Shown here piece by piece: positions 52,637 through 63,380 of a stretch of DNA of 64,000 nt. Each line of letters opens with the position of its first letter. Position 1 is the first letter of the stretch. Origin of the DNA: Candidatus Woesebacteria bacterium (lineage in GTDB: Bacteria; Patescibacteriota; Microgenomatia; UBA1400; UBA12108); assembly GCA_018060845.1 (NCBI GenBank), contig JAGOVG010000001.1, positions 152,740-216,739 of the forward strand, given 5' to 3'. A program made the position numbers and the translations under genes. The notes below the pieces were generated by a model, which searched no databases, was not told the origin of the DNA, and saw nothing but the letters and a program-made list of their open reading frames with translations.

Positions 52637-54867
52637 GGCCCATCTACTTCGGAGTCATCACGAGGGAGGAAAAGGCCAGTGTAGGGGATGTCAATTGCCG
52701 GCTCTCGATACCCCTCTGGATATGGTCCGCAGGTTACGCAGTAGTCTCGAACAAACGGGTCGGAGGCGACAGTGTGAGCCTTTGCTTCGACGTCACCAAA
52801 CTCGCTCTCATTATGAGGGGGATGAAGAGTAGTTTTGTTTACGAACAATTCTTTTTGGACTAGCGTGCTAACGGTTGGGATTGTTCCCTCCAAGAAATAT
52901 TCGTAGCGGGTCTCGCAAGGTCGATCTGGGGTAGGGAGTGCACCAGAATCGGAGCAGACACTAGCACCCTCTATGCCACTCTCTGGTTTGGGCCAACCTG
53001 GAGTTTTTACACCTGTCAGAGCATAGCGCATAATCTTTTGCCAGATAGGAGAGGCTCCTGTGACACCACTTGCGACGTAGCTCATTGGGGAGTTATCGTT
53101 GTTGCCTACCCAGGTGGCAACTAGGAGATCCTGGGTATAGCCGATGGTCCAGTTGTCCCTGAGACTGTTGGTAGTACCCGTTTTGACTGCGACAGTTTTG
53201 CCTGGCACATTGAGGACAGAACTGGCTCCAAAGGCAGCGCTTCTGGCGTTGTTGTCGGAGAGGATATGGGAAATCAGAAATGATGTCTCGCTTGATAAAA
53301 CTCGCTCTCTAGTCGTATTCTCGGGACTGCGATCATAAAGTATCGTCCCACTACTATCTTCGACTTTGAGGAGGGGATCGAGGTCGACTCTTTCGCCCTC
53401 ATTTGCAAAGACTCCAAAAGAAGTTGCCATCTCGAGCATGGTTACTTCGCCACCACCGAGTGTTAGGGAGAGGCCATAATTCTTGGGATCGACAAAGCTT
53501 TTGATCCCCATTTTATTGGCGAACTCAATAAATGACTCGACCCCGTTTAGCGCCAAGACTTTGACTGCAGCAATATTTAGAGAGTTACCTAGTGCAAATC
53601 TAATCTGAGTTAGTCCACGGAAAGTGTTGTCGTAGTTCTTGGGACAGTATTTAGGGCTCCCAGGACTCGTAAAGCAGATAGGAGTATCGAGGAGCATGGT
53701 AGAGGGGGTGATGACACGATTCTCTATACCTAGCGCGTAGTTAATAGGCTTGATAGAACTACCGGGTTGCCTGAGACTAGTTGTAACATTGAACTTGCCG
53801 TCTATGTCTTCGCTCCAATAGTCTTTACTGCCGATCATGGCTAAGATCTCGCCTGTCCCTGGGTTTGTGACTACAGCTGCACCATTGCTAATTTTGAGGC
53901 GACCCAGATTTTTGAGTTCTGCTGAGAGAGTGGCCTCAGCTGATTCTTGCAAGTTGATGTCTAGAGTTGTTGTGACTTTGAGTCCACCCTTGGTTACTAA
54001 TTCAGTCCCATACTTATTCTCAATGATGTCTCTGACATACATAACAAAATGAGGCGCTCTGATATCGACTCCAGCACTACCATAGATTAGTTCTGTTTCT
54101 TTGGCCTTGGTCGCATCTTCGCTACTAATAAAACCCTCTTCTTGCATTCTACTAATAACCTGAGCCTGTCTTGATTTGGCTGAGTCAGGAGCACTCCAGG
54201 GTGAGAAGCGTGAGGGTGCTTGTGGTAGCCCGGCCAGGAGACTAGCTTCGGCGAGTGTTAATTCTTTGGCACTTTTGTCAAAATACCTCTTTGAGGCAGC
54301 CTCGATACCATAGGTAGTGCCACCGTAGGGGATGTGGTTAACATACATCTCAAGAATCTGATCTTTGGTGTAGAGTACTTCGGTCGCAATAGTTAGAATA
54401 GCTTCTTTGATCTTGCGACTGATGGTGCGCTCAGGGGTGAGCAAGGTCACTTTGACTAGTTGTTGGGTAATAGTGCTACCACCCTCTAGCCTTTGACCGG
54501 TCAAGGTTTTGTATAGAGCTCGCAAGATGCCACCTGTATCAAAACCGTTGTGGGTATAGAAATTCTTATCTTCGATTGCAATGGTCGCCTGAGTGACATA
54601 TTTGGGTAGCTCGCTGATTTTGATAGGAGTGCGATTTTGATCTGCGTAGATCTCATATAGTAGAGTTCCTTTTCGATCGAGTATTTTTGAGCTCACAGGG
54701 AAAGCAAGTGGGCGGGCAAGTTTGGCTGGAGAGGGGAGATCCCTAAGAAAAAGGTACAGACCGCCAAGAATCAAAGAGACTAGAACCAGCGTGACTCCGA
54801 GCTGCTTGGGAGAGAGCTTGGGTAACAATGGCTTGCTCTTAAAGAATGAAAATTTGGGTTTCCACAT
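52633..54867 (-). CDS. Class A penicillin-binding protein, second paralog
   Basis: ATIAIEDKNFYTHNGFDTGGILRALY (GT51), SSIKP and KTGT. Confidence 0.85.
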   Translation of the reverse strand: MWKPKFSFFKSKPLLPKLSPKQLGVTLVLVSLILGGLYLFLRDLPSPAKLARPLAFPVSSKILDRKGTLLYEIYADQNRTPIKISELPKYVTQATIAIEDKNFYTHNGFDTGGILRALYKTLTGQRLEGGSTITQQLVKVTLLTPERTISRKIKEAILTIATEVLYTKDQILEMYVNHIPYGGTTYGIEAASKRYFDKSAKELTLAEASLLAGLPQAPSRFSPWSAPDSAKSRQAQVISRMQEEGFISSEDATKAKETELIYGSAGVDIRAPHFVMYVRDIIENKYGTELVTKGGLKVTTTLDINLQESAEATLSAELKNLGRLKISNGAAVVTNPGTGEILAMIGSKDYWSEDIDGKFNVTTSLRQPGSSIKPINYALGIENRVITPSTMLLDTPICFTSPGSPKYCPKNYDNTFRGLTQIRFALGNSLNIAAVKVLALNGVESFIEFANKMGIKSFVDPKNYGLSLTLGGGEVTMLEMATSFGVFANEGERVDLDPLLKVEDSSGTILYDRSPENTTRERVLSSETSFLISHILSDNNARSAAFGASSVLNVPGKTVAVKTGTTNSLRDNWTIGYTQDLLVATWVGNNDNSPMSYVASGVTGASPIWQKIMRYALTGVKTPGWPKPESGIEGASVCSDSGALPTPDRPCETRYEYFLEGTIPTVSTLVQKELFVNKTTLHPPHNESEFGDVEAKAHTVASDPFVRDYCVTCGPYPEGYREPAIDIPYTGLFLPRDDSEVDGP

Positions 54868-54914
54868 AAGTATTTACCATTATACCTTGGTTAGCATGTT
54901 ATACTACTTAAACT

Positions 54915-55553
54915 ATGGATGAACACGTTCCTGAAGATGTAGTAGTCGAGCTAGAACGAGCAAAAAAAAGAGGAGTATTACTCGTCTTATCAGGTCCATC
55001 TGGCGTTGGTAAAGATAGTGTGATGCTAGAGCTACTTGAAAAATATCCCAAAACGCAGAAGCTAGTTACTACTAATAGTAGGCCAATGCGTGAGGGAGAG
55101 CAGGATGGTTTTGATTACCATTTTGTAAGCCGAGAAGAATTTGAAAAACTAATTGCTGAAGAAGCGTTTTTTGAATGGGTAGAATATAGAGGTCACTATA
55201 GAGGTGGCCAAAAGCGTCATGTACAAGAAGCGCTGGATTCTGGTCGCGATGTAATATGGCGCATAGATGTCAGAGGTGTTATGAACATCCGCGCAAAAGT
55301 TAAGGAGACATTTCCTCATTCTGCTTTTGTAATGCTTGCTGTCTCTGATCTGGATATACTGAGAAAAAGGATGGAAGAGAGGGAGAGTGAGACCCAGGGA
55401 GATCTGGAATGGAGCGTGGATATCGCTATGTGGGAACAGAGGCAGTGGCATCGTTTTGACTTTGTAGTGAATAACGAAGAAGATAAGCTCCGAGAGACAG
55501 TCGAAGCTGTTGCTGACATTGTTGAAGCAACTAGAATGAAGGTAGCTGAGTAA
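54915..55553 (+). CDS. gmk: Guanylate kinase
   Basis: VLLVLSGPSGVGKDSV...GFDYHFVSREEF. Confidence 0.85.
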   Translation: MDEHVPEDVVVELERAKKRGVLLVLSGPSGVGKDSVMLELLEKYPKTQKLVTTNSRPMREGEQDGFDYHFVSREEFEKLIAEEAFFEWVEYRGHYRGGQKRHVQEALDSGRDVIWRIDVRGVMNIRAKVKETFPHSAFVMLAVSDLDILRKRMEERESETQGDLEWSVDIAMWEQRQWHRFDFVVNNEEDKLRETVEAVADIVEATRMKVAE

Positions 55554-55595
55554 AATTGCACTAGCCTTGACCCTAGGTGTACAATACTTTTTAAC

Positions 55596-56819
55596 GTGCC
55601 AGGGATAATCAGTAAAGCATCTATTGCCCGAGCTGTTAAAGCGTCTTTTGATGAAGAAGTAGCGTTTGTTTCGACCCTGGTCAAAGCCCCAAGTCCCAAC
55701 CCATACACTCCTCAAGATAGTCCTCTGCATACCGCAGTCGAAGGTGAAGTCCCAACTTTAATCCATGACAAACTCAAAGAAATAGGTTTGTCCCCTAAAT
55801 ATGTTGGAGCTAGTCGTGAACGGATGAACGTGGTTGCAGAGTGGGGCGAAAAGAGGGGGCGGAGTGTACTCATGCTAAACGGGCACATGGACACGGCAGC
55901 GTTAGACATTCGTCAAAGTGGCGGCAGCTCATCTGGTATTGTTCGAGACGGAAAGATCTATGGACATGGTGTACTAGACATGAAGGCAACTCTCGCTGCA
56001 TATATTTATGCAGTTAAGGCATTACATAGTTTGGATATAAAACTTTCTGGCAAGCTGCTACTCGCATTTGTGGTAGATGAAGAATCGGGGGCATGTAGTA
56101 AATTAGGCACTCATCACTTACTCGAAAATGGCTGCTTACCAAAAGCATGTTTGATAGGTGAGCATGGGAGCAACTATATACGCGTCGGACAGAGAGGAAT
56201 TTATCGGTTTTTGATAAGAGTTAAAGGAACTGCAGTTCATACTGGGATGAGTGCGTGGGAGAAAAAAGAGGAGGGTAGAAATGCTGTTGTGGATATGGCC
56301 CGGGTGATTACAGCAATACAAGATTTACATATACCATTTAAAGCCTCGAAGATGTTTGAAGGTCGGAGACCTGTCTTGACATTCCCCACTCGTATAAACG
56401 GAGGCACAGGATTAAATATTGTGCCAGACGAATGTGTGGCGTATGGTGATGTACGACTGTTACCTGGCAACTCTGACTCGCAGATCAAACTCTTGATGAT
56501 CGAAAAACTATCTCCACTTGGAGTTAAGTATGAGATTGAAGACTTGTCATATGCTCCAGCAGTCGAAGTAGATCCTCACGAAGAAGTGGTTGTTAGTTTG
56601 CAAAAGGCAGCAAAGACAGTGCTTGGTCGACTGCCTGCACCAAAAGTATCAGGGCCAGCAACTGATGCGTGGATGTTTGTAAAGCGAGACATCCCAACCA
56701 TCATGGGTTTTGGACCAGATGGAGGGGGAGCGCACGAGCGTAAAGAATGGGTAGACATAGAGTCGCTTAGAGAGATTACCGAAGTGTACGCCAACTTTAT
56801 TGCCGATTATTTGGGTTAG
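55596..56819 (+). CDS. M20-family metallopeptidase (ArgE/DapE-like deacylase)
   Basis: LMLNGHMDTAAL, DMKATLAAYIYA and FVVDEESG match the family. Confidence 0.75.
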   Translation: MPGIISKASIARAVKASFDEEVAFVSTLVKAPSPNPYTPQDSPLHTAVEGEVPTLIHDKLKEIGLSPKYVGASRERMNVVAEWGEKRGRSVLMLNGHMDTAALDIRQSGGSSSGIVRDGKIYGHGVLDMKATLAAYIYAVKALHSLDIKLSGKLLLAFVVDEESGACSKLGTHHLLENGCLPKACLIGEHGSNYIRVGQRGIYRFLIRVKGTAVHTGMSAWEKKEEGRNAVVDMARVITAIQDLHIPFKASKMFEGRRPVLTFPTRINGGTGLNIVPDECVAYGDVRLLPGNSDSQIKLLMIEKLSPLGVKYEIEDLSYAPAVEVDPHEEVVVSLQKAAKTVLGRLPAPKVSGPATDAWMFVKRDIPTIMGFGPDGGGAHERKEWVDIESLREITEVYANFIADYLG

Positions 56820-56828
56820 AATAGCCTC

Positions 56829-57395
56829 ATGAAGAAGACTAACTATCTACTAGTGCTGTTTTTGTTGTTCGTAGGTTTTTGTATATTCATATTCTCGTTA
56901 TATAACGCGTCACTAGTTGGACTTAAGAGGCAACTCGGGCTGGTGGGAGGTGATCTGACTCAGAGCGTCGACGTCAATCGACTTTACCGCGCGGTGTTAG
57001 AGGTGGGTGGAGTGCCGAGCTGTGAATACTGGCGGTCTGTTGCTCCCATACCGAGATATATCTTTGCAGAGGATAATGAAAAGATGGAGCTTGGCCGCGA
57101 TCTTTCTAACCAGCGTATTAACTGCTCGATAGACTATCTCTTGTCTGGTAACACTGAGCGTGGGGTTTATTCGATGCTCAAAGCGGTGCGCTACGAATTA
57201 GCGGGTGCACAGATTATGGAGCGAACGATAAAGAGCAATCCTAGTCTGTGTGGGAAGCTACAGACTAATGCGTCGTACGGCCTGATTGAGGCATATCTGG
57301 AGTCTGTAGAGGGTAATGCGCGAGGGATAATAGAGCGTGAGTACGAAGAGCTACAACGAGTAAATCGTCAAAACCTAGAAACGTGTGGTTTGTAA
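56829..57395 (+). CDS. Membrane-anchored hypothetical protein
   Basis: N-terminal TM (YLLVLFLLFVGFCIFIFSLY). Confidence 0.4.
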   Translation: MKKTNYLLVLFLLFVGFCIFIFSLYNASLVGLKRQLGLVGGDLTQSVDVNRLYRAVLEVGGVPSCEYWRSVAPIPRYIFAEDNEKMELGRDLSNQRINCSIDYLLSGNTERGVYSMLKAVRYELAGAQIMERTIKSNPSLCGKLQTNASYGLIEAYLESVEGNARGIIEREYEELQRVNRQNLETCGL

Positions 57396-57581
57396 GATTT
57401 TGATCTAGAAGCGCTAGATTGACCAACAACTCTCGAAGTTCTAGAGTGAATGTAGGTTTAACAATTTAACGAGATATTGGATAAGGAAGTAGGGTGAAAT
57501 ACCCTCACTGTGCCGCAACGGTTAAAGTCCGGAACTTGCCAATATTCTCGCCTTATTACGCATCCTCCGCGCGAGAGGATG

Positions 57582-58889
57582 AAGGAGAGTTTTGTGGGTA
57601 GATTTTTAGAAGTATTTGATCATCAAGTTGGCGTTGAAACATTTAAGATTTCGAACGCTGATGGAACTCTCGCTGCGACTGAGTCAAACTTGCATCTTTG
57701 GTATAGCCAGGTAGCAAATAGAGATACTAAGGATGTTAATAGGTTTGGTGAGAATAAAGGCGAGAGCGAAAAGATGTTTTCCTTATGGTTGTATTACTGG
57801 ATGATAGACCACGAAAGTTTGGCAACAAATGATTTAGAGAGCAGGCTATATATTGACGGAATGACATATCTAGCAGAGAGAGTATTCGAGTTGCCTTACA
57901 ACGAACTTAAACTACATTTTACTGATGAAGAAATATATGGAGTTGGGTTTGGAGACAAAGGAGTACTGAATATCTGTCGAGACGGAGTTGACTTAAGGAG
58001 AGCAGAGCAGGAGTCTACTAATAGAGTAATGCATGAAGGATTAGGGATGTGGAACTTAGTACAACTCTTGCAGACACTTAAGGTTGGTGAAAGTGCAATG
58101 TTGATTAGTCCTCCTGATCCCGACGATCCCAATATGGGCGGGTACAACTTGATTTATTTGTACGAGAAAACTAGCGAAAATAATCTAAGAATGGGGGTTA
58201 TTACAGATAATGTGAATGACATTGAATACTGGAGAAATAATGCCAGTACTTTTTCAAGATACAGAAACGACTTTAGTCAATATGATCACAATCAATTTGT
58301 AGCACACCCATTTATTACGAAGCAGAGTTTAGTTGAAATAAAGTCGACTATTTTACATACGGATGATAAATATGTGCCTGATTGGGCGCTCGAGAAATTA
58401 CGCAAAGTCATCCCCTCAGTAAGAAAAGCTCTCTATGAAGGAAATGTAAAGCGGGCAGAAGAGCTTTTTAACGCGTTCAAAATAGCTACTACTGCCAAAC
58501 TTCTCAATAAAGATAAAGATGTAAACATGGAAAGACTTGTCGACGATATTGAGTATTTCATGGTCATCTCAGGATGGTATATCCATAATGGAGGTGATAA
58601 ATATATAAACAAAAAGACAGGATGTAGCTTAGATAGAATTAACCTGGGAGATCGAGACCTATTTAATAACCAATGGGATAGATACACTAAGTTTGACATG
58701 AATTCGGTTGGAACGGATAAACCTGAGGACGAGACATATAGTTTTGACATAAGGGGAAAATGTGTAGGTAGTTGTTTTGATGAGGTTTTAGAAGATGGAA
58801 CCAAGGTTAAACACGAAAGAGATCTCGGTCCATGTCACCTATGTAGAGAGTGTGATGCAGAGGCGAAGAAGAACTCCCAGACTAGCTAA
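57582..58889 (+). CDS. Hypothetical protein (about 435 aa)
   Basis: Long ORF. Start uncertain (57510 or the ATG at 57582, which sits inside a hairpin). C-terminal Cys cluster CHLCRECD. Confidence 0.4.
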   Translation, partial: KESFVGRFLEVFDHQVGVETFKISNADGTLAATESNLHLWYSQVANRDTKDVNRFGENKGESEKMFSLWLYYWMIDHESLATNDLESRLYIDGMTYLAERVFELPYNELKLHFTDEEIYGVGFGDKGVLNICRDGVDLRRAEQESTNRVMHEGLGMWNLVQLLQTLKVGESAMLISPPDPDDPNMGGYNLIYLYEKTSENNLRMGVITDNVNDIEYWRNNASTFSRYRNDFSQYDHNQFVAHPFITKQSLVEIKSTILHTDDKYVPDWALEKLRKVIPSVRKALYEGNVKRAEELFNAFKIATTAKLLNKDKDVNMERLVDDIEYFMVISGWYIHNGGDKYINKKTGCSLDRINLGDRDLFNNQWDRYTKFDMNSVGTDKPEDETYSFDIRGKCVGSCFDEVLEDGTKVKHERDLGPCHLCRECDAEAKKNSQTS

Positions 58890-59004
58890 AGTAATTGCCC
58901 CTATTTGATACAGTCATTGCTAGTTGACGACCCCTGCCAGTAGGGGGTACGGTAGATAGGCCCTACTATATGTAGGGTTTTGGTTCTAAAAGGAGCTACC
59001 AGAT

Positions 59005-59463
59005 ATGCAATGTCCATACTGCCATCACGAGGATACTTCCGTCCTCGAGTCGCGTATCACAGCCGAAGGTGGTGCGATGAGGCGCAGACGTGAGTGTGTT
59101 AAGTGTAGTAAGCGTTTTACCACCTACGAGCGAGCTGAGGGAGTAGATATTAGAGTGGTCAAAAAGACAGGCAAGGTAGAGGACTTTGATAGAGAGAAGC
59201 TAAAAAGAGGGGTGATGAAGGCTACCTGGAAACGTCCAGTCTCTATGGAGCAGATCGAGGCAATGGTTGACGAGATAGAAAGGATCCTTAGGCGTAAGAC
59301 TACAACTGAAGTTAGGAGTTGGGAGGTAGGTAATCTTGTGATCAATAGATTAAAAAAGATTGATCCACTGGCATATTTACTATTTGCTAGTGTGTACAGA
59401 GAATTTGAGAACTTGTCTGATTTTGAAGAAGAAATTAAAAAACTAAAGGAACCTGCCCAATGA
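59005..59463 (+). CDS. nrdR: Transcriptional repressor NrdR (zinc ribbon plus ATP cone)
   Basis: MQCPYCHHEDTSVLESR...RRRECVKCSKRFTTYE. Confidence 0.85.
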   Translation: MQCPYCHHEDTSVLESRITAEGGAMRRRRECVKCSKRFTTYERAEGVDIRVVKKTGKVEDFDREKLKRGVMKATWKRPVSMEQIEAMVDEIERILRRKTTTEVRSWEVGNLVINRLKKIDPLAYLLFASVYREFENLSDFEEEIKKLKEPAQ

Positions 59464-61481
59464 AAATCACCAAACTGAACAAAAATGCTGCTGCTATTAT
59501 GGTAAATCGCTATAGCTTGAGGGATGACTCAGGGCACCCTGTTGAGTCACCTGCAGAGATTTTGATGCGTACTGCTAGAGTAGTCGCAGAAGCCGAGAAC
59601 AACTACAGAAGCAGTGGTGACACCTCGATGGAAGTGAGAGAAAAGTTTTTTGAGATGTTATACGAGATGAGGTTTGTGCCAAATGGTCGTACTATGGCTA
59701 ACGCAGGGACTAAGTATGGCCAGCTAGCAAACTGTTTTGTATTGCCGGTTGAAGATGATCTAGGCAAAGGAACTGACTCGATATTTTCTGTGCTTCGCAA
59801 GGCTATCCTAACACTGCAAACTGGCGGGGGAGTAGGTTTTTCTTTTGGGCGGATAAGGCCGAAAGAGGCATCAATTAGCACAACCAAAGGTAAAGCAACT
59901 GGAGCTGTATCTTTTATCAAGGTGTATGACACAGCTTTTTGGGTAATCGGCCAAGGTGGGGGTAGGCGTAGTGCGGCTATGGCTGTCCTACCTGTATGGC
60001 ATCCAGACATTTACGAATTTGTGAGATGTAAAGCGACAGAGGGACAGATTACCAACTTTAATATCTCAGTTGGGATAACAGATGAGTTTATGACGGCAGT
60101 TGCCAAGGATGAGGATTTTTCACTGCGCCACCCTGAAAATGGAGAACTATATCGAATGGTTCCGGCACGAGAATTATTTGCGGAGATTGTAAAGTTTGCT
60201 CATAAAAATGGCGAACCAGGTGTACTGTTTCTTGATGCTGCCAATAGAAGTAATCCTGTTCCACATCTATACAAACTCGAGGCAACAAACCCATGTGGAG
60301 AACAGTTCTTGGGTCCATACGAAAACTGCTGTTTGGGGAGTTTGAATCTTAGAGAACATGTAAAGTTAGCAAAAAATGATAAGTTAAAAGTTAAAAGTTA
60401 TATTGTGGATTGGGAAAAGTTAGCAGAGACGGTGGAATTATCGGTTAGATTTTTGGACAATGTGGTCGATGCTAATAAATATGTCTCGGCAGTACCAGAG
60501 CTCGAAGAAGCTGCCCACAAAGTGCGCCGCATTGGTTTGTCTGTGATGGGGTTATCAGACATGATGTATATGACCAATGTTCGATATGGTTGTGATAAAG
60601 GCCAGGAGCTGGCATCACAACTCATGGAGTTTATACGCTACCACTCGATGAGAGCTTCGATAGAACTCGCTCGGGTTAGAGGACCATTCCCTGGTATAAA
60701 CGGCAGTATTTACGATCCACAAAAAGTAACCTGGACAGTACCAAAGCCAAGAGTCGTTCATAAATCTGACTTTGGAAGACCAGAACTAGATTGGAAACTA
60801 ATTACAAAAGGATTAAAGTCTAACGGGATTCGAAATGGGGCTCAGACTACAGTTGCTCCAACCGGAAGCATTGCCACTATATCAGGACTTGAGGGGTATG
60901 GATGTGAGCCAGTATTTGCATTATCTTATATCCGCCACACGAGAGAGGGTGCAGAAAAAGAAGGCAAAGAATGGCGTGAAATGTACTACGAGAGTAGTCT
61001 TTTTGAATCTGCGATGAAGCGAGAGGGCATGAGTAAAAGCCAGAGGAACCAACTGTTTGCCGAAGTAAGAGACAATGGAGGGAGTTTGAAGGGAATAAAA
61101 GGTGTACCCAAACAGATTGCTGACACTTATGTAGTGTCATCTGACCTTAGTGTCGAAGAACACGTCCGGATGCAGGCCGTGATGCAGGCATGGATTGATA
61201 ACTCGATCAGTAAGACCATTAACTTCCCCAGTACTGCGACAGTTGACGAAGTGGCAGAGGCTTATCAACTAGGCTGGAAGCTGGGACTTAAGGGCATGAC
61301 AGTCTATGTAGAGGGGTCAAGAGAGCAGGTAGTACTAGAGAAGAAGAGTGCTCCATTTGAAACAAAAGAAGACAAGCAAGTAACATCTGAGGAGCTGTGT
61401 CCAGAATGTGGAACACCCATGCGGAGAGAAGAGGGGTGTTCTACTTGCCCTAGTTGTGCGTACTCTAAATGTGATAAATAG
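59460..61481 (+). CDS. nrdJ: Class II (adenosylcobalamin-dependent) ribonucleotide reductase, paralog a (no ATP cone)
   Basis: [44 protein letters not shown] and a C-terminal CPECG...CSTCPSC zinc ribbon. Confidence 0.8.
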   Translation: MKITKLNKNAAAIMVNRYSLRDDSGHPVESPAEILMRTARVVAEAENNYRSSGDTSMEVREKFFEMLYEMRFVPNGRTMANAGTKYGQLANCFVLPVEDDLGKGTDSIFSVLRKAILTLQTGGGVGFSFGRIRPKEASISTTKGKATGAVSFIKVYDTAFWVIGQGGGRRSAAMAVLPVWHPDIYEFVRCKATEGQITNFNISVGITDEFMTAVAKDEDFSLRHPENGELYRMVPARELFAEIVKFAHKNGEPGVLFLDAANRSNPVPHLYKLEATNPCGEQFLGPYENCCLGSLNLREHVKLAKNDKLKVKSYIVDWEKLAETVELSVRFLDNVVDANKYVSAVPELEEAAHKVRRIGLSVMGLSDMMYMTNVRYGCDKGQELASQLMEFIRYHSMRASIELARVRGPFPGINGSIYDPQKVTWTVPKPRVVHKSDFGRPELDWKLITKGLKSNGIRNGAQTTVAPTGSIATISGLEGYGCEPVFALSYIRHTREGAEKEGKEWREMYYESSLFESAMKREGMSKSQRNQLFAEVRDNGGSLKGIKGVPKQIADTYVVSSDLSVEEHVRMQAVMQAWIDNSISKTINFPSTATVDEVAEAYQLGWKLGLKGMTVYVEGSREQVVLEKKSAPFETKEDKQVTSEELCPECGTPMRREEGCSTCPSCAYSKCDK

Positions 61482-61490
61482 GACATTTAT

Positions 61491-63380
61491 ATGACAAAAC
61501 CAAAAATAATTGAACCAAAACTGACGAAAAATGCGCAAGAAGTAGCTAAGAAGCGTTATTTGCGGACAGATATGAATGGAGTTGTTGTTGAGACTCCGGG
61601 AGAAATGTTGTGGCGAGTAGCCTATCACATGGCCAAACCAGAAGTTGCCTGGGGGACTAATGGCATAGTGATGGAGACAGCCGCTCGGTTTTATGAGCGA
61701 ATGGCGTCTCTCAAGATGGTATGTGCTGGCAAGGCAATGTTTGAGGCGGGGAACCCTGGGGGGACCGGACAATTATCTTCTTGTTTTGTGTTGCCAATAG
61801 AGGATTCGATCGGCAAGATTTTTAAGACTTTGGGTGATGCGGCGGTTGTACATAAAAATAACGGGGGTACTGGCTTTAACTTTAGCAAAATTAGGCCACA
61901 CGGGGATAAGGTAAAGAACGTGCCGGGTGCATCATCGGGACCGGTTGATTTTATCAAGGCGTACTCGGCAGCACTGGCTCAGATTTTGCAGGGCGCAAAA
62001 AGACAGGGCGCCAACATCGCAATTTTAAATGCGAACCACCCGGACATAGAGGAGTTTATTGATCTAAAAGCACAGGACGGGACGATTAAAAACTTTAATG
62101 TGTCGGTGGGTGTAACTGACTCATTTATGGAGGCAGTGGAAGGTGACAAATATTGGAATTTGGTAAACCCAAGAAATGGAGAGGTAGTTAAGAAAATTAA
62201 GGCAAAAACACTATTTAATAAGATTGCAGAAGCTGCGTGGAGGACGGGCGACCCAGGTCTTATGTTCTTGGACAATACAGAGCGTGGCAACACTGTTCCT
62301 AATTTTGGCAAACTAGATGCCACTAATCCGTGTGGGGAGATTGCACTGTTTCCTTATGAATCATGTAACTTAACTAGTATTGATTTGGCGAGACACCTTA
62401 AGAAGAGTAAGAAGGGGTATGAGATAGACTACAAAGAGCTTGGTGAGACAGTGCGACTAGGGGTTAGATTCCTCGACAACATGATAGAAGTGAATGCGTA
62501 CCCAGTCTCTGAGATTGAGGCAACGGTTAAAAATGGTAATCGGAGGATTGGACTAGGTGTCATGGGATTTGCGCATGTACTGTACAGGATGGGGATTCCT
62601 TACAACAGTAGCGACGCAGTAAAACTAGCCAAGGAAATGTCCAAATTTATATACGAGACTGCAGCTGAAATGTCATCTGAGCTAGCTGAAGTGAGAGGAA
62701 ACTTTAACAACTGGGATCTCTCAATCTACCCTGCAAAAGGACAGCCGATGCGCAACTGCGCGGTGACGATGATTGCGCCTACTGGGACGATTTCGATCCT
62801 AGCGGACACGAGTAGTGGAATAGAGCCAGTTTTTAGTTTGGTCACGAAGCGCAGAACTTTTTATGAAGATGATAAGTCTAACCACTCAACAAAAGAGCTT
62901 CTCATGGTTGACCCTGTTTTTGAAGAATATATTGGAAAGAGAAAAGATATTCTAGAACAAGTAGCAAATGGAGATTACTCAGGACTAACTCCTTTGGAGC
63001 GAAAGTTGTTTGTCACTACACACCAGATAGAACCCGAGTGGCATGTGAAGATACAAGCGGCGTGGCAGAAGTATTTTGATAACTCGATTAGCAAGACAGT
63101 TAATTTTGGACACGAGGCGAAGGTTGAAGATGTTAAGACTGTATATATGCAGGCATGGAAGCTGGGATGTAAGGGTGTCACGATTTATCGAGACGGGAGT
63201 AAGGGAGATCAAGTTTTGAGTACTGTAAAATCGGACAACCAGAATACTCAGAGTGTCGGTGACTCAGAACAATCTGAGAGCCAAAGTGAAGAGTTGGTAT
63301 GTCCTGAGTGTGGTGGGAAGCTACACAAACAAGATGGCTGCTCAAAGTGTATTGATTGTGGATATAGCGTATGCGGATAA
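61491..63380 (+). CDS. nrdJ: Class II ribonucleotide reductase, paralog b (no ATP cone)
   Basis: SSCFVLPIEDS, NPCGEIALFPYESCNLTSIDL and a C-terminal CPECGG...CSKCIDC. Its linker carries CGGACAACC repeat copy D. Confidence 0.8.
   Translation: MTKPKIIEPKLTKNAQEVAKKRYLRTDMNGVVVETPGEMLWRVAYHMAKPEVAWGTNGIVMETAARFYERMASLKMVCAGKAMFEAGNPGGTGQLSSCFVLPIEDSIGKIFKTLGDAAVVHKNNGGTGFNFSKIRPHGDKVKNVPGASSGPVDFIKAYSAALAQILQGAKRQGANIAILNANHPDIEEFIDLKAQDGTIKNFNVSVGVTDSFMEAVEGDKYWNLVNPRNGEVVKKIKAKTLFNKIAEAAWRTGDPGLMFLDNTERGNTVPNFGKLDATNPCGEIALFPYESCNLTSIDLARHLKKSKKGYEIDYKELGETVRLGVRFLDNMIEVNAYPVSEIEATVKNGNRRIGLGVMGFAHVLYRMGIPYNSSDAVKLAKEMSKFIYETAAEMSSELAEVRGNFNNWDLSIYPAKGQPMRNCAVTMIAPTGTISILADTSSGIEPVFSLVTKRRTFYEDDKSNHSTKELLMVDPVFEEYIGKRKDILEQVANGDYSGLTPLERKLFVTTHQIEPEWHVKIQAAWQKYFDNSISKTVNFGHEAKVEDVKTVYMQAWKLGCKGVTIYRDGSKGDQVLSTVKSDNQNTQSVGDSEQSESQSEELVCPECGGKLHKQDGCSKCIDCGYSVCG
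63231..63290. repeat. CGGACAACC-family repeat, copy D, in-frame inside nrdJ paralog b
   Basis: tcggacaaccagaatactcagagtgtcggtgactcagaacaatctgagagcc, encoding SDNQNTQSVGDSEQSES. Confidence 0.6.
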
